Source of the DNA: Alkalilimnicola ehrlichii MLHE-1 | GTDB lineage: Bacteria; Pseudomonadota; Gammaproteobacteria; Nitrococcales; Halorhodospiraceae | DNA: 32,000 bases | Direction of reading: 5' to 3' | Assembly: GCF_000014785.1 (NCBI RefSeq) | Contig: NC_008340.1 | Coordinates: 1,410,001 to 1,442,000 of the forward strand | Part shown: positions 30,676-32,000 of the stretch, one piece after another | Layout of the letters: every line of letters starts with the position of its first letter | How positions within the stretch are numbered: position 1 is the first letter of the stretch | Translations under genes and position numbers: made by a program | Notes under the pieces: generated by a model | Told to the model about the DNA's origin: nothing | Seen by the model: only the letters and a program-made list of their open reading frames with translations | The model's database searches: none

Positions 30676-31891
30676 CGTGATTGAACGCATCCCCGGCTTC
30701 GACCGCTACCCGGACGAGGCGGGGCATTTTGGGCCCTACGGCGGGCGCTTCGTTTCCGAGACCCTGATGGCTCCGCTGGACGAGCTGGCGCAGGCCTACG
30801 ATCACTACCGCAATGACCCGGAGTTTCTGGCCGAGATCGACCGGGATTTGCAGGACTTTGTCGGTCGGCCCAGCCCGCTGTACCTGGCGGAGCGCTGGAC
30901 CCAGCGGATCGGTGGTGCGCGGATCTACTTCAAGCGTGAAGACCTCAACCACACCGGCGCCCACAAGATCAACAACACCGTGGGCCAGGCGCTGCTGGCT
31001 AAGCGGATGGGCAAGACCCGGGTCATCGCTGAGACCGGTGCCGGGCAGCACGGCGTGGCCAGCGCCACGGTGGCGGCGCGCCTGGGCATGCAGTGCGTGG
31101 TGTATATGGGCGCGGACGACGTCAAGCGTCAGGCGGTCAATGTTTTCCGCATGCGCCTGCTCGGCGCCGAGGTGCGGCCGGTGGACGCCGGCACCCGGAC
31201 GCTCAAGGACGCCCTCAACGAGGCAATGCGCGACTGGGTGGCCCATGTGGACGACACCTTCTACATCATCGGCACCGTCGCCGGCCCCCACCCCTACCCG
31301 ATGATGGTGCGCGACTTTCAGACCGTGATCGGGCGGGAGGCGCGGCGCCAGATGCTCGAGCGCGAGGGCCGGCTGCCCGATGCCCTGGTGGCCTGTGTGG
31401 GGGGCGGCTCCAACGCCATTGGCCTGTTCCACCCCTTCCTGGCGGACCAGGCCGTGGCCATCTACGGGGTCGAGGCCGGCGGCGAAGGGGTGGAGAGCGG
31501 GCGGCATGCCGCGCCCCTGTGCGCCGGCCGCTCCGGGGTGCTGCACGGCAACCGCACCTACCTGATGATGAACGACTCCGGCCAGATCCAGGGGACCCAC
31601 TCGATCTCTGCCGGGCTCGACTACCCGGGGGTCGGGCCGGAGCATGCCTGGCTGAAGGACTCCGGCCGTGCCCAATACGTCAGCGTGACCGATGACGAGG
31701 CCCTGGAGGCGTTCCACGAGGTGACCCGCTGCGAGGGCATCATGCCAGCCCTGGAGACCGCCCATGCCCTGGCCTATGCCCGCAAGCTGGCCGCCGGGAT
31801 GAGCCCGGAGCAGAGCGTGGTGGTGAGCCTGTCCGGGCGGGGTGACAAGGATATTGCGACGGTGGCCGAGCTGGAGGGCATTGAGCTATGA
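30656..31891 (+). CDS. trpB: Tryptophan synthase beta subunit
   Basis: [49 protein letters not shown]. Start overlaps the end of trpF by 20 nt. Confidence 0.98.
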   Translation: MSTKVTDVIERIPGFDRYPDEAGHFGPYGGRFVSETLMAPLDELAQAYDHYRNDPEFLAEIDRDLQDFVGRPSPLYLAERWTQRIGGARIYFKREDLNHTGAHKINNTVGQALLAKRMGKTRVIAETGAGQHGVASATVAARLGMQCVVYMGADDVKRQAVNVFRMRLLGAEVRPVDAGTRTLKDALNEAMRDWVAHVDDTFYIIGTVAGPHPYPMMVRDFQTVIGREARRQMLEREGRLPDALVACVGGGSNAIGLFHPFLADQAVAIYGVEAGGEGVESGRHAAPLCAGRSGVLHGNRTYLMMNDSGQIQGTHSISAGLDYPGVGPEHAWLKDSGRAQYVSVTDDEALEAFHEVTRCEGIMPALETAHALAYARKLAAGMSPEQSVVVSLSGRGDKDIATVAELEGIEL

Positions 31892-32000
31892 ACCGTCTGG
31901 AAAAGCGCATGTCGGCCTGCCGGAAGGCGGGGCGCAAGGCCCTGATCCCCTATATCACCGCCGGCGACCCCGGCCCGGAGCACACCGTGCCCCTCATGCA
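31888..32000 (+). CDS. trpA: Tryptophan synthase alpha subunit, N-terminal fragment, runs off the window
   Basis: ATGA overlap with the trpB stop. [37 protein letters not shown]. Confidence 0.93.
   Translation, partial: MNRLEKRMSACRKAGRKALIPYITAGDPGPEHTVPLM

Overview
This 32 kb window is a dense, high-GC, mostly housekeeping chromosomal segment. Gene content and order resemble a gammaproteobacterium, possibly Ectothiorhodospiraceae-like; that placement is inference. In order it contains: the end of an RND efflux adaptor and a complete RND permease; a CinA/MoaB-type molybdopterin-binding-domain protein and a small membrane protein; an MFS transporter and tRNA-Leu(CAA) on the minus strand; queA-tgt-yajC-yajC'-secD-secF; a CBS-domain protein followed by prkA (yeaG), yeaH (DUF444) and spoVR (ycgB); a peroxiredoxin-glutaredoxin hybrid (minus strand) divergent from a GNAT acetyltransferase; aroC and an HcaT-like MFS; leuC-leuD-leuB-asd; fimV, an EcfT/CbiQ-like membrane protein, truA, trpF, trpB and the start of trpA. 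I found no mobile element, CRISPR array, phage remnant or defense island, and no convincing new multi-gene system. The points most worth a second look are: tandem diverged yajC copies separated by a perfect hairpin; a CBS protein directly upstream of the poorly understood PrkA/YeaH/SpoVR module, with three consecutive structures before prkA; a palindrome-rich leuC promoter and leader; repeated strong GC hairpins without U-tracts at gene ends; and an EcfT-like protein with no ECF partner genes in view. No database or folding software was used. Product names rest on recognition of the translated sequences, and start sites were chosen by inspection.
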